A model generated the notes under the pieces. It did not search any database, was not told the DNA's origin, and saw only the letters and a list, made by a program, of their open reading frames with translations. Below are positions 29,338-39,366 of a stretch of 64,000 nt of DNA, piece by piece. The stretch comes from Candidatus Woesearchaeota archaeon B3_Woes (GTDB lineage Archaea; Nanobdellota; Nanobdellia; Woesearchaeales; B3-WOES): the NCBI GenBank assembly GCA_005222965.1, contig NJBG01000001.1, positions 82,323-146,322 on the forward strand. The letters are read 5' to 3'. Position numbers and translations under genes: made by a program. Numbering within the stretch: position 1 is the stretch's first letter; each line of letters opens with the position of its first letter.

Positions 29338-30075
29338 TTAATTATTATTTTTTTTGGCTTCCTTAAGAGTTCTTTCTATGTCTTTGTTGTTGAAGTGCTT
29401 GTATTTCCATCCGCTTGTTTTTATGTATACTGCATCAATTCTCTCGGGTGTTAAACTTTTGCCCAGAACTTTTGATAATGCTTTTATGCATAATTTAAAT
29501 CCTTCTTCAACTGTTATAGAATCTTTATATTGTTTCTTAAGAATAGCTTCTATTTCTGTTTCTGATTCACCTATTGCGCAGGCTTTATAGCCAAAATATA
29601 TTCCAGTTGGATCTGTTTGATATAATACAGGTCCTGTACTGTCAATTCCGCCTACTAACATGCTAACGCCAAAAGGTCTTAATCCTGCTGATTGTGTGCA
29701 AATTTGTTTTAATTCACACATATCTTTTACAACGCTTAAAACATCAATTGTTGTATCATATGTTACTCTGTGTTGTTGTGCTTTTATCTGTGCTCTTTCA
29801 ATTAAAACTCTTGCATCAGATAAAATTCCTGAAGCTGTTACACCAACATGTTCATCAACCTGCCATATTTTTTCTACACTTTCAGGTAAAATTAAACTGT
29901 CTATAATTCTTTTGTCTGTTACTAATATAACACCATCTTGGCAAACTAGTCCAATCGCTGTTGAACCTTGTTTAACTGTTTTTTTAGCATACTCTACTTG
30001 TAATAATCTTCCGTCAGGGCTGAACATTGTGATTGCCCTGTCATATCCCATCATTTGATGTGAAACTGGTTCCAT
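29338..30075 (-). CDS. psmA: Proteasome alpha subunit
   Basis: MMGYDRAITMFSPDGRLLQVEYA is the alpha-subunit N-terminal signature. Confidence 0.85.
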   Translation of the reverse strand: MEPVSHQMMGYDRAITMFSPDGRLLQVEYAKKTVKQGSTAIGLVCQDGVILVTDKRIIDSLILPESVEKIWQVDEHVGVTASGILSDARVLIERAQIKAQQHRVTYDTTIDVLSVVKDMCELKQICTQSAGLRPFGVSMLVGGIDSTGPVLYQTDPTGIYFGYKACAIGESETEIEAILKKQYKDSITVEEGFKLCIKALSKVLGKSLTPERIDAVYIKTSGWKYKHFNNKDIERTLKEAKKNNN

Positions 30076-30091
30076 TTTTCTTTTCCTCCTT

Positions 30092-30457
30092 TTAGGCTGC
30101 TATAAATTTGTCTTGTGCTTTTTTAAGGATACCACTTACCCCTACACTTTTAACAATAACTTCTTTATTATCTATCTCTTTTACAAAACATAATGATCCT
30201 TTCAAGTGATTTACCATTTTGTTATTTACTCTTATTATTCCTCTTTGTTTTTCTTTATTAAATTTATCATTTAATATTAATATTCCTGCTTTTGCTAAAC
30301 CCATTTCGCCTAAAAAATTATGGCAGCTTTGAAAAATGGCCTTTGAAATGCTGTTTAAGTTGTTTATTTTGGTTTTTGATATGATTTCAAACACCAAATA
30401 TCTTTTTTTTTCCCTTAAACTTGGCAAAAGCGGTTTAATTTTCGTCATGGCTATCAT
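30092..30457 (-). CDS. RNase P protein component Pop5 (Rpp14-like)
   Basis: LREKKRYLVFEII pattern and superoperon position upstream of psmA. Confidence 0.6.
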   Translation of the reverse strand: MIAMTKIKPLLPSLREKKRYLVFEIISKTKINNLNSISKAIFQSCHNFLGEMGLAKAGILILNDKFNKEKQRGIIRVNNKMVNHLKGSLCFVKEIDNKEVIVKSVGVSGILKKAQDKFIAA

Positions 30458-30573
30458 TTCCTTATATTTAACGAGAAAACAGTTTGGTTAAAAAACCCAT
30501 ATAAGCCATCTATTTTTCTTCTCTCGTATTACCCAGAAATCATTTCCAATTTAAAAAGTTTGTGGTTTATGCA

Positions 30574-31341
30574 TTAATCGCTTCCACTTTTAACATTTAC
30601 AAAATTATATGTTTTTGATAGAACGTCTTGACAGTTTAAACAACTAACATTAACATCAACAGAAAAGATTCCTTGATCATTAATTTTAAATTGTATTATT
30701 TTATCAATACAAGAATAAGATTTTGCTGGTATCTCATCATAATACGTTGTTTCTTCTATAAGGTTATTTGTACTTATAAGTATACTAATTTCTCCACTAT
30801 CAATCTCTCCTTTATTAACAATGCAAAATTCGGCTAAAGTAGAATTTCTAATAAGTTCTCTTTCAATATCTTCATCTTCTAAATTTGAATGGGTTATATC
30901 TAAAAAAGCTGTGGTTTTTAATTCTTCAAATTCTAATATTTTTTGATTAAATTCGTTTTGTTTATTATTTATTTTAATATAAATTATTATGTTAAAAGCA
31001 GAGAAAACAAACAAATAGAGGGTTATCAACACTGTTATTACTTTTAATTGAAGGTCTGTATCTCTGTGTCTTGCGCTATGTCTTGTTGTGATTAGTTTTT
31101 GTAACTCTTCTTTTAATTGATAATTATTTAATACATTGTAATAATCTTTATTTTTAAGAATTTTTTTTTGAAGAAAAGGATAATCATTGATGATTTTTTC
31201 TACCCTACAAAAATCCTTATGAAATTTTTTTTTAAGTTCAGAAAGATCTACTTGATTCTTTTCTAAGTCTAAAATATAATTAAGGATTTTTATTAAGATT
31301 TGCGTTCTTGGTTTTTTAAATAATTTGTCTAAAATAATCAT
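30574..31341 (-). CDS. Membrane protein with N-terminal winged-helix-like region, one TM and an extracytoplasmic domain
   Basis: Hydrophobic stretch LITLYLFVFSAFNIIIYI in mid-protein. Confidence 0.45.
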   Translation of the reverse strand: MIILDKLFKKPRTQILIKILNYILDLEKNQVDLSELKKKFHKDFCRVEKIINDYPFLQKKILKNKDYYNVLNNYQLKEELQKLITTRHSARHRDTDLQLKVITVLITLYLFVFSAFNIIIYIKINNKQNEFNQKILEFEELKTTAFLDITHSNLEDEDIERELIRNSTLAEFCIVNKGEIDSGEISILISTNNLIEETTYYDEIPAKSYSCIDKIIQFKINDQGIFSVDVNVSCLNCQDVLSKTYNFVNVKSGSD

Positions 31342-31607
31342 ATAATTAGTAAAATCTTTTTAATACTTAAATGTATCATTTTCACTTGTCATTTGCCATA
31401 CAGCCTCAAAGTATATAAATAAGGTATACCTTACTATATTTAATATTGAGTAGGGGTGATAAACAATGCCAGACAACCTTAAGAAAAAAGGACCAAAAGA
31501 TAGAAAAAGGCAAAGTAAACAACCTTGGGAAAGGGCACATGCGCCAAAACGTAAGTCTCCTGGAACAAGAAATAAAAGCAGAAATTGAAAAAGTTTGAGG
31601 TTATAAA

Positions 31608-31892
31608 ATGAGTGATTTACCATTATATTTAGATATCAGGGCATCGAAAAACTTCACAGAAAAGGAAGGATATTGGTATGATACAATTTCTACATGGATG
31701 GGTAGATTCAAGGAAGAAGGAAAAAAGAAAATTACTTTTTTAATTAATGATGAAGCAAAAGAAAATTTTATACAATTTTTAGATAATCATAATATTAAAT
31801 TTGAATATAGTGGGTTTGTATCTGAATTTTATAAAGATATGCCAACAGTTCCTATGCCTATTTCAGGTCAGATGTATACAATTTTTATTTAA
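31608..31892 (+). CDS. Hypothetical protein (94 aa)
   Basis: ORF. Confidence 0.35.
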   Translation: MSDLPLYLDIRASKNFTEKEGYWYDTISTWMGRFKEEGKKKITFLINDEAKENFIQFLDNHNIKFEYSGFVSEFYKDMPTVPMPISGQMYTIFI

Positions 31893-32244
31893 TAAGAACT
31901 ATAAAAGTAATTATCCATACTATAATTTGAATTGTAAAAGAAAAGAACACTAACCATCTTACTATTTTATAATAACCATGTTTTCCATCCATTGAACTTG
32001 GATAGTTTTTACGAATACAGTGCTCATAAATTGATCTGTTGATGTTAGATATAGCACTTTCAAATATCCATGTACCTAATGCAACAATTATAATCCAAAA
32101 ACAAACATATCTAACATAATTAACATCGATATTTTTAATATCTAAGAAGAGCGATAAAATAAAAACAATTCCACTCAAATAAAGGAGGTATTTATAATAA
32201 TTATTGATTTTAAGATTTTTAAAAAGTTCAGGAAATTCCCCCAT
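31885..32244 (-). CDS. Small integral membrane protein
   Basis: Three predicted TM helices. Confidence 0.45.
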   Translation of the reverse strand: MGEFPELFKNLKINNYYKYLLYLSGIVFILSLFLDIKNIDVNYVRYVCFWIIIVALGTWIFESAISNINRSIYEHCIRKNYPSSMDGKHGYYKIVRWLVFFSFTIQIIVWIITFIVLIK

Positions 32245-32257
32245 TTTAACTTATCTC

Positions 32258-32986
32258 TTAATTTAAATGTTTGATGTCTGGTTCAACTGGTTTTCCAAAT
32301 CCATCTTTGAAACATTTACAATTACATAAATAATTTTTACACTCAAATTCTTTTCCTTCATCTGTTCTTAGAGGATAGTTTGTTTTTTCTTTACAAGTTT
32401 CTTCACACATAATTTTTAAGCCTTGTGGATTTCTATAACAATCGGATGTTGTTTTACAACCAGCAAAAATAATTATTCCAAAAGAATCAAGTTTCCATTC
32501 TCCATTTTCCTTATTAAAATAAATTGAACCAGATGTTTCTTGATAACCATTATAGAATGTCACATCATAATATGCAATAGCTATTTCATCACTTTCCATA
32601 TCAATCTGTTTTAAAATTACTGACCTATAAGTATCTCTTCCTTTGAATTTAGGATATAAATATATAAATTCATCTCTTGTTTTATATTTTTGATGTCTAG
32701 AATGTAACATATCATATATATCACCAAATTTGTCTTGTTCTACAAATCTGCCAAAATCTTCTGCTGTTTCTCTAAATTTCTTTTCTTCGTTTTCATCTAA
32801 GGTTGTTTTTTCAGTTAGAATTTCTTCATTAACTTCATCTTCATCACAAATAGAATTATCATTATTATCTAAACAACAAGAAGCACCAACTAAGATATAT
32901 GGTTTGTTACAAGTAACTTTAACAACTTGTCTTTGTTCACAAGCTATTAAAAATAAAAATAAAATTATAAATATTATTTTTTTCAT
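32258..32986 (-). CDS. Secreted Cys-rich lipoprotein-like protein
   Basis: Signal peptide ending LIAC, then many Cys (about 14). Confidence 0.5.
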   Translation of the reverse strand: MKKIIFIILFLFLIACEQRQVVKVTCNKPYILVGASCCLDNNDNSICDEDEVNEEILTEKTTLDENEEKKFRETAEDFGRFVEQDKFGDIYDMLHSRHQKYKTRDEFIYLYPKFKGRDTYRSVILKQIDMESDEIAIAYYDVTFYNGYQETSGSIYFNKENGEWKLDSFGIIIFAGCKTTSDCYRNPQGLKIMCEETCKEKTNYPLRTDEGKEFECKNYLCNCKCFKDGFGKPVEPDIKHLN

Positions 32987-33128
32987 AATATCGCCCCAAT
33001 TATTAAAACAAGTCTAATAATATATAAATATTTACATTTTATATCTAAAGGAGGTATATCCTTATATAAAGGAATTCTACTTACAGTTATTATGTTGTAA
33101 AATGTTGATAAATTGAAGAGGAATTAAA

Positions 33129-34079
33129 ATGATTAGTAAAAAAGAAAGATTAAATATCTTAAAATTTATTCAAAAAGAGGATACTCCTTCTATAGAAGAT
33201 ATTGTAAATAGTCTTAAATATAATTTAGAAGATGTTAAAGGTGCTTTAAAATATTTAGATGAAAAAAGACTAATCACATGTAAACTAAAATCAGTAGATG
33301 GTTTATGGAAAATGATTGATATCACGGCTGATGGAATAGATATGATAGAAGAGGAGCCCCCTGAACAAAAGAAAGAAACTTTCATAGGAAGAAACCTCCG
33401 GGTTTTTATTAGTTATTCTGAAGAAGATAAACTTATTGCTAAAGGTATTAAGGACGCTTTAAATCATTATGGTGTTCAAGGGTTTCTTGCTCATGAAGAT
33501 ATTCCAACTGGAGAAGACTGGGTTGAATCTATCAAAAGAGGTATAAAACAAAATGATATTTTTATTGCCATGTTATCAAAGAAGTATAAAGAATCAGACT
33601 GGACTGATCAAGAAGTAGGAATTGCAGTAGCAAACGAAAAGCTGATAATTCCTGTTTCAATTGATGGTTGTATGCCTTATGGATTTATGATGAAATATCA
33701 AGCTTTTAAAAAATTTAAATATGAAAAAGGCAAACACCATAATGGAAAAGAATTTATCTATTGTTATGGTGATGTTTTTAAAATTATAAAGATGATTGGA
33801 CAGAAAGAAGAATTCAAAGAAAATTTAAAAGATTGTTTTATATCGAGTTTAAAGAATGCTGGTAGTTTTAGGGGTGCTGAAGAGATAATGGAAACCTTGG
33901 TTGGATTGGGTTCTTTTAATAGTGTCCAAATCAATCAAATAATAATTAATTGTTCACTTAATAATCAAGTTTATCAAGCTAATGGTTGTCAACCAATTAT
34001 TAGAAATCTTATTAAAGAATATGATAAAAAGATTGATGAAGAAAACAAGGAAAAGATTAAAGAAGTAATGGCGTTATGA
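33129..34079 (+). CDS. Winged-helix plus TIR-domain protein
   Basis: N-terminal wHTH-like segment (SIEDIVNSLKYNLEDVKGALKYLDEKRLIT). Then a TIR pattern: VFISYSEEDKLIAKGIKDALNHYGVQGFLAHEDIPTGEDWVESIKRGIKQNDIFIAMLSKKYKESDWTDQEVG...IIPV. About 120 aa at the C-terminus are unassigned. Confidence 0.65.
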   Translation: MISKKERLNILKFIQKEDTPSIEDIVNSLKYNLEDVKGALKYLDEKRLITCKLKSVDGLWKMIDITADGIDMIEEEPPEQKKETFIGRNLRVFISYSEEDKLIAKGIKDALNHYGVQGFLAHEDIPTGEDWVESIKRGIKQNDIFIAMLSKKYKESDWTDQEVGIAVANEKLIIPVSIDGCMPYGFMMKYQAFKKFKYEKGKHHNGKEFIYCYGDVFKIIKMIGQKEEFKENLKDCFISSLKNAGSFRGAEEIMETLVGLGSFNSVQINQIIINCSLNNQVYQANGCQPIIRNLIKEYDKKIDEENKEKIKEVMAL

Positions 34080-34163
34080 AGATTTATAGAAAAAAATTTT
34101 AATTTTTCAAACACCAGCTTCCAAAGACCTCCAAAGAAACATGGCCCAAAAATACATCAGAAT

Positions 34164-34946
34164 TTAAACAACTACTTCCTGAACAGGCCCATCATAACCA
34201 ACAGCCTTTTGTAAATTCTTTAATAGCTTTCCTGTCTTTCTTGTTCCTTCAGGCATGTTATCAATAAAATGAGATGCATAATCTCTAACTACTTGAGCTA
34301 TTTCAGGATCAGGATTTTGCTGATCAATATACAACAATGCTCTAACTCCTTGGAATATATTATCCCTACTATGATTTTTTTGTATATGTTCAAAAATCTC
34401 TTGTGATAATTCCAATGGAGTCGAAGCCACAATCTCAGCAGAATCCATCTCAACAACCTTTTCCCAAAATTGGAAAAGATAATCTGAACTATCATAACAT
34501 CGTTGTGCAATATTTCTCATACTATCATATTCTGTAGTTGAAGTAAATGCTCTATCTATTTGACTATATATAGAATTACCAATAGTTCTCAGTTCATGTA
34601 ATACATTTTCATGATCAAAATGTTCAGTTGCCCATTTATAATTTGTATAACTTATATATTTTGTATCAGTTCCCATACTCATTAAAGATGTAATATCTGT
34701 TCCATTTAGTATATCCTCTAAAATCTGTTTAGTGGTTAGATTATGATGTGCTGTTCTTTGATTATTTCTTATAAATTCCTCAGATAAAGGTTGTGAATGT
34801 GTAGTTGGAAATAAGGCATCATAAGCTCCTAAAATACTAGCTGTTGTTTCAATCTCTTCAGCAGAATCAGCTTTTCTTTTTCTAATCTGAGATACAATCT
34901 GTGTTACAGCATCTTTATTAATTCCATGCATTATTTCATGAACCAT
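34164..34946 (-). CDS. Hypothetical protein (260 aa)
   Basis: ORF adjacent to the TIR gene, no family recognised. Confidence 0.45.
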   Translation of the reverse strand: MVHEIMHGINKDAVTQIVSQIRKRKADSAEEIETTASILGAYDALFPTTHSQPLSEEFIRNNQRTAHHNLTTKQILEDILNGTDITSLMSMGTDTKYISYTNYKWATEHFDHENVLHELRTIGNSIYSQIDRAFTSTTEYDSMRNIAQRCYDSSDYLFQFWEKVVEMDSAEIVASTPLELSQEIFEHIQKNHSRDNIFQGVRALLYIDQQNPDPEIAQVVRDYASHFIDNMPEGTRKTGKLLKNLQKAVGYDGPVQEVVV

Positions 34947-34953
34947 TTTAATT

Positions 34954-35667
34954 TCAAAAACTATAACTCACACTAAATCCTAAACTATTATTGCTTTTAA
35001 AACTTTTTCCAATTGCTTCAAAATGATGAATATCTGAAACAAGAGACAAATTTTCAGTTAGTTTAATTGAATAATCTGCCCTGATTCTAATCCCTGCTAT
35101 TTCAGTCCCTTCTATAAAGTATTGATTATTACCTAATAAAACCATAGAAACGTGAAAATCACTAATTGAAGTGTTAAATCCTCCTTCTACAACAACACCA
35201 TCCCCGTCCTCAGTATAATCAACAGTGCATTCAAGTCTAGCATTAAGTGAATTATCTCCTTCTTTATGAATAGAATAGTCTAAAATTAATGAAACTTCTT
35301 CTAAGTTTAAATCATCTCTTTTAATATCATATCTTACCCAGGCAAAAGTTCCTTTAAAATCATCAGTTAAGTTTTTAGAAACACTCACTCCAAAATCTGT
35401 TTCTTTTTTAAACCCAGGATCTATCTCATAGCTTCCCCAAAACCAACTATTTAATTTATAACCATCTTTCCCAAATTGTATGTAAGCAATTGGTTGTACA
35501 GAAGGAGTTGGGCTTGGTACAAAACCACGAAGATTGGCATACTGGTCAGTAACTCTTGTTTCAATACCGCCATTTACTGCTAATTTGTCCTGAGCACTAA
35601 CTTCTCTTGCTAAACCAAGAGCTAATAATAACGCAGATAAACTTAAGATTGATTTAGTTAGAGTCAT
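34954..35667 (-). CDS. Secreted beta-rich protein with C-terminal aromatic residue (outer-membrane-barrel-like)
   Basis: Signal peptide LLLALGLAREVSAQ, alternating hydrophobic pattern, terminal GFSVSYSF. Confidence 0.45.
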   Translation of the reverse strand: MTLTKSILSLSALLLALGLAREVSAQDKLAVNGGIETRVTDQYANLRGFVPSPTPSVQPIAYIQFGKDGYKLNSWFWGSYEIDPGFKKETDFGVSVSKNLTDDFKGTFAWVRYDIKRDDLNLEEVSLILDYSIHKEGDNSLNARLECTVDYTEDGDGVVVEGGFNTSISDFHVSMVLLGNNQYFIEGTEIAGIRIRADYSIKLTENLSLVSDIHHFEAIGKSFKSNNSLGFSVSYSF

Positions 35668-35782
35668 TTTTATTAATATTTATCTAAGTAAAGAATTATT
35701 TATAAACTTTGCTATTATAACCACTTCAAAATAGTAATATAACCTTTTTCAGTTAAATTTATATACGAATGGTTTATTATAT

Positions 35783-36058
35783 TTGATTATGAAATACGCA
35801 ACTAAATCTGTGCTTGTGGCCAGACTACCAAGAAAAGGAAATAACGAGTTCAAAACAGCATCAATTAAATTATTTGAAATTAATAATCCGCATAAAACAG
35901 ATCAATTGCCAACAGAAAACTTAGAATTTGAAAACATAGAAAAAATCAAAATCAAAAACCAGGAATCAGACTATTTCTTAGAAGGAAATGACATTATAAT
36001 TAACAACCTGGAGTTCATACACATTGACAAAAAAGGCAGCACAATAGAGTTATCCTAA
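35783..36058 (+). CDS. Hypothetical protein (91 aa)
   Basis: ORF immediately upstream of proS. Confidence 0.35.
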   Translation: MIMKYATKSVLVARLPRKGNNEFKTASIKLFEINNPHKTDQLPTENLEFENIEKIKIKNQESDYFLEGNDIIINNLEFIHIDKKGSTIELS

Positions 36059-36060
36059 AG

Positions 36061-37494
36061 ATGAAAGAGGAAAAAGGATTAACAGCCAAAAAAGAGGAAG
36101 ATATAGCTGAGTGGTATGAACAGGTTTGCCTAAAAGCAGAGCTTGCTGAATTCTCAAAAGTTAAAGGTTGTATGATTATAAGGCCAAATGGATACTCAAT
36201 CTGGGAAGAAATTCAAAACTATTTCAACAAAAACATCGTAGATAAAACAGGAACAAAAAATGCTTATTTTCCTTTATTTGTTCCAGAATCTTTTTTTAAA
36301 AAAGAAGCAAAACATGCAAAAGGATTCAGCCCAGAAGTTGCATGGCTGGACAAAGATATAACAAAAGATGGTGAAAGATTAGCAATAAGACCAACTTCTG
36401 AAACAATTATGTATGATAGCTATTCAAGATGGGTAAGATCATACAGAGATTTGCCATTAAAAATAAACCAATGGTGCAATGTTGTTAGATGGGAGACAGA
36501 AGCAACAAAACTATTCCTAAGATCAAGAGAATTTCTTTGGCAAGAAGGCCATTGCGTCTATGAAACAAAAGAAGAGTGTGACAAAGAAACAAAATTAATT
36601 ATCAATTTATACAAAAAACTATGTGAAGATCTTCTAGCTCTACCAGTGTTAGTAGGAAACAAAACAGAAAAAGAAAAATTCGCAGGAGCAGAATACACAC
36701 TATCAATTGAAGCTTTTATGCCCGATGGCAAAGCCTTACAATGTGGAACATCACATCAGTTAGGACAGGGATTTGCAAAATCATTTGGAATTAATTTCCT
36801 AGGAAGAGATGAAAAAAAGCATACTCCTTGGCAAAACTCATGGGGATTGTCAACAAGATTGATTGGAGGACTAGTAATGGCCCACTCAGATGACAATGGT
36901 TTAGTACTGCCACCAAAAGTTGCAAAAAACAAACTAGTTATCGTACCTATAATTTTCGAAAAAACAAAAGATAAAGTAAATAAAAAAGCAGAAGAAATAA
37001 AAAAATCACTAGCTAAATTCAACCCAATTCTAGATGACAGAGAAGATTATAGTCCAGGATGGAAATATAATGAGTGGGAACTAAAAGGGATCCCATTAAG
37101 GATTGAAATAGGACCAAAAGATTTAGAAAAAAACCAGGCAGTTGTAGTTAGAAGAGATACTCACGAAAAAGAAAACATAAAAATAACTAACCTAGCTAAA
37201 AAAATACCAGAATTATTAGATGATATTCAAGATAATCTATTCAAAAAAGCAAAAAAATTCTTAAATGATAATATTATAGAAATAAAAAACTGGGATGAAT
37301 TTAAACAAGGAATAAAAAGCAAAAAAATAGTAAAAACAGTCTGGTGCAACAACATAGAATGTGAGGAAGATATTAAAGATAAAACAGGCGCTTCTACAAG
37401 ATGCATTCCATTTGATGAAAAACAAGTAAAAGGAACCTGCCCGCACTGTAAAAAACAGGCAAAAGTATTGATTTACTTTAGTAAATCATATTAA
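36061..37494 (+). CDS. proS: Prolyl-tRNA synthetase, archaeal/eukaryotic type
   Basis: Class II core (RPTSETIMY, FLWQEGH, QCGTSHQLGQ). Archaeal-type C-terminal zinc domain CNNIECE...CPHCKK. 477 aa. Confidence 0.85.
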   Translation: MKEEKGLTAKKEEDIAEWYEQVCLKAELAEFSKVKGCMIIRPNGYSIWEEIQNYFNKNIVDKTGTKNAYFPLFVPESFFKKEAKHAKGFSPEVAWLDKDITKDGERLAIRPTSETIMYDSYSRWVRSYRDLPLKINQWCNVVRWETEATKLFLRSREFLWQEGHCVYETKEECDKETKLIINLYKKLCEDLLALPVLVGNKTEKEKFAGAEYTLSIEAFMPDGKALQCGTSHQLGQGFAKSFGINFLGRDEKKHTPWQNSWGLSTRLIGGLVMAHSDDNGLVLPPKVAKNKLVIVPIIFEKTKDKVNKKAEEIKKSLAKFNPILDDREDYSPGWKYNEWELKGIPLRIEIGPKDLEKNQAVVVRRDTHEKENIKITNLAKKIPELLDDIQDNLFKKAKKFLNDNIIEIKNWDEFKQGIKSKKIVKTVWCNNIECEEDIKDKTGASTRCIPFDEKQVKGTCPHCKKQAKVLIYFSKSY

Positions 37495-37507
37495 AAAAAG
37501 AAGAAAA

Positions 37508-38209
37508 TTAAATTATAGACACAAATGTTGGTGGTCTATTAACGTCTTCTACTGTTACTTTAACATCTTGATGTTTGTCATTAACACCATCAGAAACAGT
37601 AACTCTGACAATATAGTCACCAGCTGAGTTATAATCTAATTCTTTTGTATCTGAAGTCATCCATCCAGAATATGTTATTGTTATTGGTTTACCTTCTGGA
37701 TCAAGTGCTTTTGGTGATAATGCTACTGTTTCACCTTCCTTAACCACTATATCCTTTATCTTTTCTAAAACTGGATCTTTGTTTACTTCTTCTACAATAA
37801 TCATTACATCTTGTTTAATTTGTGAAGCTCCATCTGATACAGTTATTGTAACTGTATATTCTCCAGCATCTCCTTCTTCAGTCTGCCATTCTCCTTTAGG
37901 ATTTAGTGGCTGAGAAAATGTATAAGTTATCTTGTCTCCATCTGGATCAGTTGCTTCAAGATTTGGGAAGCTAACAAGAACCCCTTCATCAACCTTTAAA
38001 GTAAGAACTTCTTTTACTTCTTCTACAACTCCTTCTTCAGATGGTTCTTCTTCAACAACATCTTCTGATGTATCTTCTACTAAATCTACTAAATCAATGT
38101 AAGTAACCCCTTCTTCTTCAAAAGATTCAGGTGGTACAGGTGAGATATAACTACACCCAACTACAAAAATCATTAATAACACTGCTCCTAAAGAAATTAT
38201 CTTTTTCAT
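37508..38209 (-). CDS. Secreted acidic protein with cadherin-like repeats
   Basis: Signal/lipobox-like VVGC. Repeats DPDGDKITYTF, VNKDPV, VNRPPTF. Confidence 0.55.
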   Translation of the reverse strand: MKKIISLGAVLLMIFVVGCSYISPVPPESFEEEGVTYIDLVDLVEDTSEDVVEEEPSEEGVVEEVKEVLTLKVDEGVLVSFPNLEATDPDGDKITYTFSQPLNPKGEWQTEEGDAGEYTVTITVSDGASQIKQDVMIIVEEVNKDPVLEKIKDIVVKEGETVALSPKALDPEGKPITITYSGWMTSDTKELDYNSAGDYIVRVTVSDGVNDKHQDVKVTVEDVNRPPTFVSII

Positions 38210-38289
38210 TTATTAAACACCTCATTTAATTGTTATTACTTAGGAATATAAAACCAGTTTATAAACTTTTATGTAGTAAAGAATATAAT

Positions 38290-38880
38290 TTAGTCACCAC
38301 TCCTCCTCGACAAAAAAACACCAATCAATAAAAAAATAACTCCAAACATCATTGAATTAAGAATTATATTCAAAGTAGCATCATAAAAAAACTGCCTTGG
38401 AAACAAACTGATTATTGTTGAATCAATAGGAAATCTCCAATTGCCTTGAGGAAAAAATATTAGATGAAACTTAATAAACAAATTGTAAAAATTAAACATT
38501 ATAAAAGGCACAGGCAAAACTAAACTAAGAACTCCTGAAGAAATTAATAATTTAGAAAGTTTTTCCTTAGAATAAAAAAGCAACAGCGATAACAAAGTTA
38601 TATTAAACAACGACAAAAACACAAAAAATCTTTTAAAATTTCTAATAACTTCTTTGACATCTTCTAAATGTGATTTTTCCTTGGAGTTAAAAACACCAGG
38701 AACTTCATTTTCATCTCTAAAAAATCCTAATAAAGATTTATGGATATCATCTGCACCATCTACATTACTATAATTCTTATAAAATTCTAAATCAAAAATT
38801 AAATTATCAGTAGAAGCAAGATACAAACTTAAGACTAAACTAATAGTTAAGAAGAAAATCAAAAAATTACCTAATTTCAT
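38290..38880 (-). CDS. Polytopic membrane protein
   Basis: At least 4 hydrophobic helices. Confidence 0.5.
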   Translation of the reverse strand: MKLGNFLIFFLTISLVLSLYLASTDNLIFDLEFYKNYSNVDGADDIHKSLLGFFRDENEVPGVFNSKEKSHLEDVKEVIRNFKRFFVFLSLFNITLLSLLLFYSKEKLSKLLISSGVLSLVLPVPFIMFNFYNLFIKFHLIFFPQGNWRFPIDSTIISLFPRQFFYDATLNIILNSMMFGVIFLLIGVFLSRRSGD

Positions 38881-38963
38881 ATAATTAAAATATAATCTTA
38901 TTATATAAATTCTGTGAAATTTTTCCGAAAATTTTAAATACTCCCTAAAAACCCAAATTTAGA

Positions 38964-39116
38964 ATGTCAGAAGAAGAAATATATGATGAAGAAGGAAGAG
39001 AAGAGATGGCAGATGACTCTGAAATAAGCCCTGAAGAAGAAGGATTTATGAAGGGTTATGAAGACGCTGATGAAGAAGAACCAAAAGAAGACGAAGAAGA
39101 TAAAGAAGAATTATAG
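38964..39116 (+). CDS. Small highly acidic protein (50 aa); absent from ORF track
   Basis: MSEEEIYDEEGREEMADDSEISPEEEGFMKGYEDADEEEPKEDEEDKEEL in an 800-nt stretch with no ORF in the track. Confidence 0.4.
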   Translation: MSEEEIYDEEGREEMADDSEISPEEEGFMKGYEDADEEEPKEDEEDKEEL

Positions 39117-39184
39117 ATCTTTAAGAATTTGGTTTAATAATAGCTTATTCTACTACGATATTTAAGAAAAAATAAAAAAAGTAG

Positions 39185-39334
39185 TTATCTTCTCTCTACT
39201 TTTTTTTCAATAAAATTCAACAATCTATTTGTTCTATCGCTCATATGTAGCACAAGACATTTTGAGTCTTTGCTATCATCATAAGCAACGCATTCTTTTA
39301 TACAGTCTCTATCCACAAAAGGGCATCTTGCCAT
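39185..39334 (-). CDS. Small Cys-containing protein (49 aa); absent from ORF track
   Basis: MARCPFVDRDCIKECVAYDDSKDSKCLVLHMSDRTNRLLNFIEKKVERR. Confidence 0.35.
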   Translation of the reverse strand: MARCPFVDRDCIKECVAYDDSKDSKCLVLHMSDRTNRLLNFIEKKVERR

Positions 39335-39366
39335 ATTATTACAAAACTAAATACTGAAAAGGAAAA

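Noticed and set aside
34164-34946. HExxH (HEIMH) zinc-protease-like motif at residues 3-7 of the 260-aa protein
   Set aside because: The motif is too close to the N-terminus for a metalloprotease fold. The gene cannot extend upstream because only 7 nt separate it from the next gene. Treated as chance.
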